IMG/VR virus record: IMGVR_UViG_3300002124_000001
Span: 291-64,290 of that record
Length of the DNA: 64,000 nt
From: a virus
Taxonomy: Duplodnaviria > Caudoviricetes
Reading direction: 5' to 3' (one strand)
Within the stretch, counting starts at the first letter, position 1; every line of letters starts with the position of its first letter. Below the pieces are notes generated by a model. That model searched no databases, was not told the origin of the DNA, and was given only the letters and a program-made list of their open reading frames with translations. Position numbers and translations under genes: made by a program. Below, one piece after another: positions 36,517 to 45,748 of this stretch.

Positions 36517-37107
36517 TCAGGCTTTCTTGGCTCGGTTCTCTGCGTACCACGCCCGCGCGCGCCGTCGAATTTTGGCGAGGTTCTTTTTCCCGTATTCGCT
36601 CTGCCGTTCTGCAATGGCCTCGCGGTTTCGCTGGTAGTAAGCCTTCTTGGTTGCCACTCGCTTCGCCTTGTGATCCGGAGTCTCAGCGGCCAGTACGGCT
36701 CTTCCTCGGAGAAGCGCGCATTGACGACACCTTCGGCCGCGCTTGTCGAAGTACGTATTCTTCGCGTCGTACGGGTGGCCCTTCGGACAATGGGTCGCGA
36801 GCGCAAACTTTCCGTTGCGCATGTTGTCCAAATGACTCCCCACGCGAAGATTTGCGCGGCGATTGTCCAGAGTCTCGTGGTTGACGTGGTCAACTTCCTT
36901 GCCCTTTGGTGCGCCAGTTATCAGCCGGTGCATGTAGAGCGTCGTTCGTTTACCTTCAGCGGTTGTTCCAGACGCTGCCGCATAGCAGTGTCCGAACTTG
37001 TTTTCCATTGCGTTCCATCGATACGCCGCGACTAACGGATAGTCATCGGCATCGATTAACGCTTCCTTTTTTCCGCGAGAGATCGGGATCCGCATCGTCT
37101 TCTGCAT
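36517..37107 (-). CDS. HNH homing endonuclease
   Basis: LYMHRLI...VDHVNHETLDNRRANLR; THCPKGHPY...NT C-terminal motif. Confidence 0.9.
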   Translation of the reverse strand: MQKTMRIPISRGKKEALIDADDYPLVAAYRWNAMENKFGHCYAAASGTTAEGKRTTLYMHRLITGAPKGKEVDHVNHETLDNRRANLRVGSHLDNMRNGKFALATHCPKGHPYDAKNTYFDKRGRRCRQCALLRGRAVLAAETPDHKAKRVATKKAYYQRNREAIAERQSEYGKKNLAKIRRRARAWYAENRAKKA

Positions 37108-37153
37108 ACGCAGATGATAACGCGGATCCCTTCATCGGAATCACACTAACTCG

Positions 37154-37648
37154 TCACAATGTTTCAACTACCAACGTGGACATCAGCGCGCCAGGCGTGC
37201 CGCCCGTGTACGCGTTGAGCGACAGCTCCCCGAGGGAGGCCGTGTTCCCGAGCGAGCTGACGATCTCGTCCGGGCCGTTCACCCACCGCACGATCCCGCC
37301 AAAGGCGTTGAACGAGAGCGCCAGGAGAATCCCCAGTGTGGCCGACCGCTGCGGCTTGGTCGTGGAGATCTGGTAGTTCACGGGAGGCGCGGCGAGTGCC
37401 GCCGTCGACGGGTCAAGCGCCGCGAAGCGCCCGGCCGTCAGGGTCGCCCCAACGGTGGACGTGCGTCCGAGAACCATGTAGGTCGGTGAGCTGGCACCGG
37501 CCTGTCCGCCGAGGTAGACCTCGCGGAGCTCGATGCGTTGAGTGGAGCTGCCACCCTGGAGGGTGTGGTGACCGGAGTCGGTCATGTTGACGGTGTCGGC
37601 AACGGCCGTGGGGGTATACGTGGGAAAGGGAGCGGACCATCGAGCCAT
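37154..37648 (-). CDS. putative abundant structural protein heading the extra late module
   Basis: Strong RBS GAGGAG, structured ~175-nt leader, Thr/Ala/Gly-rich. Confidence 0.6.
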   Translation of the reverse strand: MARWSAPFPTYTPTAVADTVNMTDSGHHTLQGGSSTQRIELREVYLGGQAGASSPTYMVLGRTSTVGATLTAGRFAALDPSTAALAAPPVNYQISTTKPQRSATLGILLALSFNAFGGIVRWVNGPDEIVSSLGNTASLGELSLNAYTGGTPGALMSTLVVETL

Positions 37649-38282
37649 GTGTGTGTCTCCTCGTCAAAACTGTCCAGATGAACAGGGTTGGCAGGAGCAC
37701 AGATGGCATTTGCTGGCGGTGCCTCTCGGCATGGCCAACAGCGGTCTATGCAGCGGACCCCACGACGGGCTGCAAACGACTGTGTTACCGCTCGCGCGTC
37801 AGCCAGGCCGCGCGAGCACCAGTCCTACGACGTAGCTTTTTCAGACTCCTTACATTGCGCGTCGAGCCATTTATCCACATCCGTCAAGGCGCCGCGCACG
37901 TGTCGGACGATCGCCACGAGCAGCGCCTTGGTTGCCGGAGTCATGCTCTGAACCGCCGACGTACCAGCACATACAGAGCGCCCAGCGCCAAAGCAATCGT
38001 CGCCTCTCGCCATCCTCCCGTCGCCACCATGGCGACAAAGATAAGCGCCGCCAACATCATGAAGAACCAGCCCCAACGCGCCCGCGCGCTCATGCTCGGA
38101 CCAGTTCCTCGTGAGGCAGATACGCATCGCACTTGAGATGACGCATGAGCGCACCTAGTAACGTCTTCGTCGCGATCGTCATTTTACCGGACGACTGACG
38201 ACACTCACGAGCTTGAGTCGATCGTTCAACGACTTCATAAAGTCGGTGACAACGCCATTCGGCACGCTGCCAAGTTCAGCCA

Positions 38283-38480
38283 CTACGCCTTCTCCAGTAA
38301 CGTCGCCTTCACCCGCTTCTGCGTGTCCCCGAAGTTCACGACCGCGCTGTGTGTGTCCATCTGCGGATGCTCGACCGAGCGCGGATGCTCGATGACGAGC
38401 TGCTCGATGATTCCCGTGACGCCGTCGAGTGTGACCTCGTCGCCCTGATTGATTTCTTTGCCGTGCTTGTCCTTCGCCAT
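38283..38480 (-). CDS. small SH3/KOW-like hypothetical protein
   Basis: DKHGKEINQGDEVTL. Confidence 0.5.
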   Translation of the reverse strand: MAKDKHGKEINQGDEVTLDGVTGIIEQLVIEHPRSVEHPQMDTHSAVVNFGDTQKRVKATLLEKA

Positions 38481-38644
38481 GCGTTGCTCCTATGCGTCGG
38501 TCATCGGATGGGCCGAGGCGATCTTCTCGACGAGTTCTTCAACATCCTCAGGCTGGCGATAGTCCGGGTTGCCGCAGTACCGCCGCTCGGGGTCATACGC
38601 CCCACCGAGCCATTCGATGATGATGGCGCGTATCTGGTCCTTGT

Positions 38645-39025
38645 TCATAGTAGGTCCGTCAGCACAATGTCCGGATTCGCCTCCGGATGATCTGGCTGTC
38701 CGATGTGCCTCTCGATGATCGCGTGCGCACGATCAAGACGCTTCAGGAACGGCACGCACTCACCGGTCCTCGCGAGGATCTCTGCGCAGCCATCACACAC
38801 AAAGTGGTCGCATTTTAGGCAAACGGCCCGAGCGCGAACTCTCCCCGGATTCAAGATGACGCCGCGCTGGCAGTGCGAACACTGCTGGATGTCGCGCTCG
38901 AGGAGTTGTCCGGCGCCTACCGCGATCGCCCCTGGAATGTGCGCCACCTGCTCTGGTGTGAGCCCTGGGCTGTCCCGGTGATCGATTTCAAGGAACCCTG
39001 AGCCGTGCGAGATCGAACGCTTCAT
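38645..39025 (-). CDS. Cys-rich zinc-finger protein
   Basis: CSHC...CLKC...CDGC. Confidence 0.65.
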   Translation of the reverse strand: MKRSISHGSGFLEIDHRDSPGLTPEQVAHIPGAIAVGAGQLLERDIQQCSHCQRGVILNPGRVRARAVCLKCDHFVCDGCAEILARTGECVPFLKRLDRAHAIIERHIGQPDHPEANPDIVLTDLL

Positions 39026-39321
39026 ATCATCTGCCAGAGGTCTAGGTTCGCCGGTGCAGGCGCGGCCACGAGTGCCAACGGCGCAGGCTGCGCGGCGTCC
39101 AGAGCGGCGATCAACTCCTCAGGCGTGTTGATGACCGGCGTCGCATCCCCGCGCGGCACGTCCGATCCAGGAAACGCGGCGCTGTAGACCACGCGCTCGA
39201 CGTCCGCCCCTTCGCGCTTCTCGATGCCCTGGCACACGGGACAGCCGTTGGCCTCGTCCCAGTCGTGCGCCCACACCCATTCGCGATTGCAGTTCCGGCA
39301 GATCCAGCGGCGCTGTTCCAT
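39022..39321 (-). CDS. zinc-ribbon protein
   Basis: CRNC...CPVC; start MEQRRWIC. Confidence 0.55.
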   Translation of the reverse strand: MEQRRWICRNCNREWVWAHDWDEANGCPVCQGIEKREGADVERVVYSAAFPGSDVPRGDATPVINTPEELIAALDAAQPAPLALVAAPAPANLDLWQMI

Positions 39322-39518
39322 CAGGCGGCTCGCAACGACTGAGCCGCGCGCCGAGACACGCGCCGCAAGTCGACGACCTTCATCATCGGCAAGTCCTTCG
39401 CGATCCGTCGCAGCGCGTGATCGTTGTCCCGGGCCCACAACTGCAGGCCGATGCAATACGGCGTGCCCCGCTCCATGAGCATCGCCGTGAACGTCATCCG
39501 CTGACCCGGCATGGCTGG

Positions 39519-40268
39519 TTACGGGACGGTGATGCGCCCGCGGCTCGGCGCGGCAGGGACCGTGGCCGCAGCCTGCACCGTGATCGCCGGCAGGGTCAGC
39601 CGTGTCGCGCTGGGGCCGACCGCGTTGACCGCGTCGACCTCGTACGTCACCGCTCCCGCCGCGGATTCCGTGCGCTGAAACGTGTAGTACCTGAGCCCCT
39701 CCGCGTTGGCCGTGGCGCCCGCCGTCACGGGGACACCAGGCAGGAGCGGGCCGTTCCGGTAGACGCGCCAGCTCGTCACCGGGCTCGTGCCGGTCGCGTC
39801 CGTGCCGGAGTGACAGAAGCCCACGGTGACACTCTGGCCGGCCGTCATCGTCCCCGGCGACACCGGCGTACTGTCGCACTCGTGCGCCGCCTGCCGCGCA
39901 AACGCGGGCGAGAACGCCGACCACACGGATCGGCCCGTGACGTCCTGCCGCTGCAAGGCCACCCGATAGCCCGACCCAGGCGGCACCTGGACCAGCGATA
40001 AACTCACTTCGCAATCGAAATTTGAATCGGCTGGATTGTTGAACCGCACCTCGACGGTCCCGCTCTTCGGGCCGAGCACGCAGGGACACACCAGTTTCGG
40101 CCGATCGCACGGCGTCGATCCCGCCTTAAAGGTCACCGGGGGCACCACCGCGTCCGCCCACTCGGCCGCGCTGACCGATGGACCGAAGATCGCCCCGATA
40201 TACGTATCTTGCGCGTACGTCGGCACAGCCAAGCAGAGCAGTACTAGGGTCGTGAACAGTGTCCGCAT
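39519..40268 (-). CDS. secreted protein with two FN3/Ig-like domains
   Basis: Sec signal MRTLFTTLVLLCLAVPTYA-Q; YRVALQ...WSAFS and WRVYRNG...YEVDAVNAVG. Confidence 0.75.
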   Translation of the reverse strand: MRTLFTTLVLLCLAVPTYAQDTYIGAIFGPSVSAAEWADAVVPPVTFKAGSTPCDRPKLVCPCVLGPKSGTVEVRFNNPADSNFDCEVSLSLVQVPPGSGYRVALQRQDVTGRSVWSAFSPAFARQAAHECDSTPVSPGTMTAGQSVTVGFCHSGTDATGTSPVTSWRVYRNGPLLPGVPVTAGATANAEGLRYYTFQRTESAAGAVTYEVDAVNAVGPSATRLTLPAITVQAAATVPAAPSRGRITVP

Positions 40269-40366
40269 AGCACTCCGAGATTCAGTTGTGGTGAAGAAAA
40301 CTAAGGAGAGTGTGTGGCTACTTGATCGTGCGCGCGGACGTATTTTCCGTGGGTTGGCTGTATTGG

Positions 40367-41035
40367 CTAGGCTGGCGAAGTTTGGCGTTCTGGCGTGACC
40401 TTCGGCCAATGCTTCTCGGTGTACGTGGTGAAGTCGTCAGGATCGATTCGATATACGACTCGTCCACTGGACCGTTCAAGGCGGCGCGCTGAGAGACGGC
40501 CGTCCTTGATCTCTCCACGGATGAACTCTCCGGAAACATTCAGAACCTTCGCGCAGTCGTCTGGGCTGAGATGCTTCACTTCTCCCTCCTGGACATCGTC
40601 TTGAGTGGGCCACGCTTGTGCGTGCTGGTCTATGTAGGCTCTGATTTCAGGGCAGTCGTGAAACCACTCTGCCCGATAACGTTGCGTCACGAACCTCGCG
40701 TGGAGAGCATCCTCCAGCGCGTCTGCGGCCTTCATGCCGCGCTCGGCTTGGAAGCCTAACGGTTTCACCTCGCGTGGGTTTGAACTCTTGATCTGTCGGT
40801 GACGAGCGCAGACGTTTGAAGACACGCCGATCTTGATGAAGCCGTCGCACTCAAAAAAGTAGACGCCAGACAACGGGCCAAGGTCAGCCGCGTCAGTCTC
40901 GGCATCAACGCTCTTCTGCAGGCGTCGGTCTAGGACGTATTCGGCGTGGCATTCCTTGCACCATCGCTGACCAGCCGCCCGCCGTGGCCTTTCACCGCAC
41001 TTCCCGCAGTCGCGCGGACTGAGTTGCTGACTCAT
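40367..41035 (-). CDS. zinc finger + T5orf172/MUG113 (GIY-YIG-like) nuclease + HTH fusion
   Basis: CGKC..CKEC; VYFFE...IKIGVS...E..LH..F...R...EWF; LSPDDCAKVLNVS. Confidence 0.75.
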   Translation of the reverse strand: MSQQLSPRDCGKCGERPRRAAGQRWCKECHAEYVLDRRLQKSVDAETDAADLGPLSGVYFFECDGFIKIGVSSNVCARHRQIKSSNPREVKPLGFQAERGMKAADALEDALHARFVTQRYRAEWFHDCPEIRAYIDQHAQAWPTQDDVQEGEVKHLSPDDCAKVLNVSGEFIRGEIKDGRLSARRLERSSGRVVYRIDPDDFTTYTEKHWPKVTPERQTSPA

Positions 41036-41038
41036 GGC

Positions 41039-42364
41039 TCAGTCCTTGTACGGATCGAATTCGTCGCCACCAGCCATCACCACGATGCGCGGCTGTAACG
41101 TGTGCGCGATCTCGATGGTGTTCGCGTGCGCGTCCAGCACGGACCGCAACGGCCGATAGACTGGCGGGGCTTCATCGGCTCCAGCACCGCGTAGCACGAC
41201 GCCACGCTCAACCAGTTTCGCTTTTTCGGCGGTGAAGTCTACGAGGCCGTTGGCCAGGCGCTCCATCCACGTCCGCTTGTTGGTTCGACTTCCACACTTC
41301 GGACACTTCGGATTGCTGCCGTCTGCCCCGCGTGCCGTGTTGTGCACCGGCAATAAGCCGTCGCAGTCTCGCTGGCCGCAGCACCACGCCTTGATCCACT
41401 TCTGCTTGCCTGCGGCCTGCGTGCGGCTCATGACTCGGCCGGCCCCGTGGACCGTCGAGTAGAGCGCCAGGGCTGACTCCTCGCTTTCCACGCCGCGCAG
41501 AATCACCGAGATGTCGCCCATGGACCCGCCGACGAACCCCCACTGACCAGGAAACGCGGGCGTCGCTCCCTTGCGAACTACCCACAGTGTCTCCCCGAGA
41601 TGTGTCTCACGCCACGCGAAATTGTGGTGATTGTGAACGGACCACTGAGAATCAGCACCGAGAATCTCCAGCGTCTTCGCCACAACGGCTTCGCGGCCGG
41701 CATAGGCGAACTCTCCGGCGATCGTCATCGCCTCGATGTAGTCCTGTCCGCTGGGCGCGCTGATGTCTAGCAGGAGCGGCGGCGCGTCCATCTCTCCTTC
41801 GCCCTTGCCGTCGTCGAACGCGCGCCCCTGCGCGATGTTCATAAACCCGGTCGCCGTCTTGTGCCCGAACCCGCGAGAGCCGAAGTGGCACGCCACCCAG
41901 AGCACGCCGGCCTCGTCCTCGAGCACGTCTACGTAGTGGTTCCCGCTCCCCACCGTCCCGAGTTGGTTCTGGGCCATCTGCACCATGTGGCGCTGTGATG
42001 ACACTGGAGATTTCTGAATGCGATCGAACACCGGTGAATCGATCGGCTCGTTGTTCTTCCGTCCCACGCCGAAACTGATACGGCGCTGGATCTCGTCCGC
42101 GAGTCGTTCCATCTCCGCGTGCGGAATGTCGGCCGCTATTAGATTCGTCTGCACGGCCATGTTCCCGCAGGCGATGTCATAGCCGACCCCGGACGGAGAG
42201 ACGAATCGGCGGTAGCCGACGACTCCACCGATGGGCATGGAGTATCCAACATGCCCGTCGGCGCAGAGCACACCGATCGCGCCATCCTCGGCCGCCACGC
42301 ACCGCTCCAACTGCTGCTTGGTCCGATCATCATGCTCGCCGTAAATCTTCATCGATTTTCTCAT
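41039..42364 (-). CDS. rtcB: RtcB family RNA 3'-phosphate/5'-OH ligase
   Basis: ADGHVGYSMPIGG, VGYDIACG, GTVGSGNHY, HNHHN, RKGATP, HGAGR.MSR, DEAP..Y. Confidence 0.95.
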   Translation of the reverse strand: MRKSMKIYGEHDDRTKQQLERCVAAEDGAIGVLCADGHVGYSMPIGGVVGYRRFVSPSGVGYDIACGNMAVQTNLIAADIPHAEMERLADEIQRRISFGVGRKNNEPIDSPVFDRIQKSPVSSQRHMVQMAQNQLGTVGSGNHYVDVLEDEAGVLWVACHFGSRGFGHKTATGFMNIAQGRAFDDGKGEGEMDAPPLLLDISAPSGQDYIEAMTIAGEFAYAGREAVVAKTLEILGADSQWSVHNHHNFAWRETHLGETLWVVRKGATPAFPGQWGFVGGSMGDISVILRGVESEESALALYSTVHGAGRVMSRTQAAGKQKWIKAWCCGQRDCDGLLPVHNTARGADGSNPKCPKCGSRTNKRTWMERLANGLVDFTAEKAKLVERGVVLRGAGADEAPPVYRPLRSVLDAHANTIEIAHTLQPRIVVMAGGDEFDPYKD

Positions 42365-43197
42365 CGCCGCACCCGCGTGAAGACGTGATCGCGTCGATCG
42401 TGATCCGCGCGACCACTCCCGCACACACCGCACGGCATCTCGCCTTCCTTGAGTTCGCGATTCAGTGGCGCACTCGGCATCGTCGGAGGCCTCGGCTGTC
42501 GATCGAACACCGGCCCGGCGAGGATCCGCCTGATCGCGTCCGAGAGATTGCCAGGGACTCGTGGCATGGTCAGTTCTCCTACCGAGGACGGCAGGCGTAA
42601 AACTTGATCTCGGTGCCGCTCGGCACGGCGATCACGGCGTGCCCCAACGCGCGGGCCGTCTTCACAGCCGAGAAGTTTCCTGGCTCGCTCGTGAAGTCCG
42701 ACGAGCCGATATGGACTCCGCCGACGTAGTCCTGCGACCACCGGTTATTGTTGCTGGACTCGATGCGCTCAAGTTCTTCGACGCGCTTCTTCAGACGACG
42801 CGCCTCGCGCTGCGAGATCTTCATGCTGCAATCCTCAGGCTCTTCAGGAACCGTTTGTCGCGCACCGTCGGATACCACCAACTCGGAAACTGCACGGCCT
42901 CAGCCTGATTGGACGTGAACGTCTCGCCGCCGCATTTGAAGCAGGTCATGAGCCCCGGCTCACGCGCCACGATAAACGTCCCCAGCGTCCGAGGGGATCC
43001 GCAGGCGAGGCAAAAGATCTGGCGCGTCGGGATGATCACGGCTTCTCCCTCGTGTCGATCTGCTCTCGAGGGCCATGCCCGCTCAAGGGCCTGCCGGATC
43101 CGGACGGCCTCCTGATGGGTCCGGTCGAGTTCAAAGAAGATACCCAGGGTCAGAATCATCAAGACCACCAGCGCGACGATCACGCGGTCGTTGTCGC

Positions 43198-43926
43198 TCA
43201 TGAACGGGCCTCTGGGAACTCGTCCCATGTGCGGCCGTCGAGGATGCGCCCGCCAGACTTCGGCGTCGCGCCGCCCCACTGCTTGAACAAGAACGGAACA
43301 CCGGCAGCGACACACTGATCCCGGACGGAGCGCACCCACTCGACGTTGGGAGGCCGGCGGCGCGGCCCGCTCTCGAACCCCGCGATTACCCAATCGATCC
43401 CCGTGAGGTCAAGCACGCCCAAATCGCCGAGCAATGGTTCAATCGAGACGAACCGCAGACCGCTCGGGCAGGCACGAAGCAGATCCAGCCTGAACTTGAA
43501 CGCCGCGTTCTCCAGACTGACCCCGTGCCAGATGTGCCGGGACGGAATCCGCGAGTCGTAGCGCCACGACAGGTACTTCAGCATCCGCTCAGGGCGCTTC
43601 GTTAGAAGTTGATACGTGTGCCAATGCGCACGCTGCTCCATTGTGTGATAGACCTCGTGGAGGAACCGATCAGGCACGTCGTCATGAAACAGATCGCTGA
43701 GGCTGTCGACGAAGATCCGCTGCGGCTTCTTCCACCGCTGCGGCCAGGTGAGGCGGTTCTCGTGGATGATGAGCGGAATGTGACCCTTGACGAACTTGCG
43801 ACCGTTCATTCTAAATGGCGGCGTCCGCTCGATATAGCACCGGGCACACGCCGGGCTCACCTTCGTGCAACCCGTTGTCGGATTCCACGTCGCGTCCGTC
43901 CATTCGATCGCGCTATTCTCGCTCAT
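43198..43926 (-). CDS. phage Gp37/Gp68 (DUF5131) protein
   Basis: SAIEWTDATWNPTTGCTKVSPACARCY; SLSDLFH; LLTKRPER; FVSIEPLLG; PFLFKQWGG. Confidence 0.92.
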   Translation of the reverse strand: MSENSAIEWTDATWNPTTGCTKVSPACARCYIERTPPFRMNGRKFVKGHIPLIIHENRLTWPQRWKKPQRIFVDSLSDLFHDDVPDRFLHEVYHTMEQRAHWHTYQLLTKRPERMLKYLSWRYDSRIPSRHIWHGVSLENAAFKFRLDLLRACPSGLRFVSIEPLLGDLGVLDLTGIDWVIAGFESGPRRRPPNVEWVRSVRDQCVAAGVPFLFKQWGGATPKSGGRILDGRTWDEFPEARS

Positions 43927-43932
43927 CGTCTG

Positions 43933-44136
43933 TTACTCCCGCATTCCAGAATCCACCACCGGCCGCCGCTTGCTCTTCAATCCGCCGATCCGCCCCGCCC
44001 TTGCCGCTTCCTCCGACGTCCAGACGTGCGCCGTGCCGTGAGCATGCGCGGCTCGTCCGCCTTGACTGGCGATTGCTTTCCTGCGTTCTGGCGTCATGGA
44101 GGCGAAGCCTTGCTTGCCTTTGGGTTTGGGGATCAT
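43933..44136 (-). CDS. KGG-repeat stress-induced protein
   Basis: GFASMTPERRKAIASQGGRAAH..GTAHVWTSEEAARAGRIGG. Confidence 0.85.
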   Translation of the reverse strand: MIPKPKGKQGFASMTPERRKAIASQGGRAAHAHGTAHVWTSEEAARAGRIGGLKSKRRPVVDSGMRE

Positions 44137-44146
44137 GCGGAAACCT

Positions 44147-44326
44147 TCACTTGTCAACCCATTCTTTCCAGAGCGTCAACGTCAAGGCTCGAAGACTGAC
44201 ACCTTGCTGCTTCGCTTTCGCAGCTACACGTTCGTAGAGGGTTGGCGGGATGCGGTCCACCTCGAACCGCACCCGTCGTTCCGTCTGTGGGGTGAACTCG
44301 CGGGAATAGCCACGCTTTTTTGTCAT
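44147..44326 (-). CDS. Arc/RHH-like repressor
   Basis: RVRFEVDRIPPTLYERVAAKAKQQGVSLRALTL; paralogue of 5247-5438. Confidence 0.75.
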   Translation of the reverse strand: MTKKRGYSREFTPQTERRVRFEVDRIPPTLYERVAAKAKQQGVSLRALTLTLWKEWVDK

Positions 44327-44346
44327 GCGCGCGAGTGTACCGGTAT

Positions 44347-44652
44347 TCACGCGAACACCACTCCAGTCCGCCTTGGCTCGCCTGCGTGCTGCGCACCCGC
44401 CGGCCACCAGCCCTCAGGCACGAGAGGCTTCTTCCCGTTGTCGTAGGCTTTGTCAGCCGTCATCCAAATCTGGACAGTTGCATGTGTGTCTTGAGCATCG
44501 GCGAGCGCCAGCGCCCGAGCCAACCCGATCGGCCTCGGCGTAATGCGCGCCCATGTGTGCTGAGGGAACTCGAGTAGCCCTTGGCACGGGCCGTCGCGCG
44601 TGATGAGACGGCGGCCGTGGTGGTGGATGGCGACCTCGTACATCGCCATCAC
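44347..44652 (-). CDS. hypothetical protein (101 aa)
   Basis: GTGA overlap with the upstream gene. Confidence 0.6.
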   Translation of the reverse strand: MMAMYEVAIHHHGRRLITRDGPCQGLLEFPQHTWARITPRPIGLARALALADAQDTHATVQIWMTADKAYDNGKKPLVPEGWWPAGAQHAGEPRRTGVVFA

Positions 44653-45068
44653 AGCGCCGCCTTTCGCGCCTGCCGCTTTGCCGCCTTCGCGCGCCGCGTC
44701 TCCATGCCCTTCGCGCGCATCTCCGGCGTGAACACGACCTGTCGCCCAGACGCACGCAGGGACTCCGCGAGCCGCTTCCCATGACGCCGCCGAATCATCG
44801 TGCTCACGGCGTCCTGCTGTCGCAGCAGCGTCGTCATCACCTTGGGCGGCAGCATAAATCGCGCTGAGCCATCCGCGTTGACCTGCGTGATGAACACCGT
44901 ATTCCCCTCGTCCCACTTCACGGTCTGCACCATGAAGCTCGTTACGTTCCCGTAAAAGTCCATCGCCTGCACGACCGCCGGCTGTGTGTGCGCTCCGTCC
45001 GGTAATCCAGTCAGCCGCGAGAGCGCCTTATCAAAGGCGTCTGTTGGGAGATTCGCGTTGCTGTCCAT
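44649..45068 (-). CDS. hypothetical protein (139 aa)
   Basis: RBS GGAGGTG after a consensus promoter; basic C-terminal helix. Confidence 0.75.
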   Translation of the reverse strand: MDSNANLPTDAFDKALSRLTGLPDGAHTQPAVVQAMDFYGNVTSFMVQTVKWDEGNTVFITQVNADGSARFMLPPKVMTTLLRQQDAVSTMIRRRHGKRLAESLRASGRQVVFTPEMRAKGMETRRAKAAKRQARKAAL

Positions 45069-45086
45069 TTCTCACCTCCAGGCGCC

Positions 45087-45126
45087 ATCTTACACTTTAC
45101 CGGTATTGTTGTCAAGTTTACCGGTA
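45087..45126 (-). promoter_or_regulatory. sigma70 promoter with two TACCGGTA operators
   Basis: TTGACA (45115-45110), 17 bp, TAAGAT (45092-45087); palindromes at 45098-45105 and 45119-45126; third copy at 44338-44345. Confidence 0.85.
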
Positions 45127-45247
45127 TTCGACGCCGCTCCAGACTTCCATTGCGGTACTCAGGTGCGCCCCGTACTCTGAATCTCCCCCGCGCGTGGCCA
45201 ACTCTTCCTCATCTCGGGAGGCTGTGATCGTCTTCACGAAGAAGCCC

Positions 45248-45748
45248 TCATGCGGCGTTCCGCTTCTGAAGTTGCTGCGGCCACGTCCAGACGTCATAGC
45301 CCGGCGCGATGTCTGGCCCGTAGAGCAGGAGCACGCAATCCTTCGGATAGCCCGCCTTCTCGCCGACGAATGTGATCCGCCCGTTCAGTAGAAGGACACA
45401 AGCTTTTCCGTGGACCCAATCGCGCCACCAGTTCGATCCGACGCCTGCCGGCACGAGGACAGCGATCCGCGCGCCCTGGCGGGATTGCTCGAACGCTCGG
45501 CGGACCCACGGCTCGAGACGAGCGAACGGCGGGTTGAGCCAGAGGTAGCCATCGAACTGCGTCCAATCGGATGTCAGAGCGTCGTGAGCTAGATCAAAGA
45601 ACCAGGACGAAACCGTGTTCTCCTTCGACGCCGCGAGGTCTGCGCCGAATGACTTAATTCCGAGCCTCGACTTCACCGCCGCGAGGAACCCCTTCGGTGT
45701 CTGGTAGTCCTGCTTGCTGCGTCCTGGCTTCTGCTTCGGTGGGGTCAT
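45248..45748 (-). CDS. phage DNA N6-adenine methyltransferase (Dam-like)
   Basis: YQTP, DLAAS, WLNPPF, VLVPA...W. Confidence 0.88.
   Translation of the reverse strand: MTPPKQKPGRSKQDYQTPKGFLAAVKSRLGIKSFGADLAASKENTVSSWFFDLAHDALTSDWTQFDGYLWLNPPFARLEPWVRRAFEQSRQGARIAVLVPAGVGSNWWRDWVHGKACVLLLNGRITFVGEKAGYPKDCVLLLYGPDIAPGYDVWTWPQQLQKRNAA

Noticed and set aside
36504-36893. 5' extension of the 1112-aa ORF
   Set aside because: Overlaps the HNH gene in another frame; no RBS or protein-like features.
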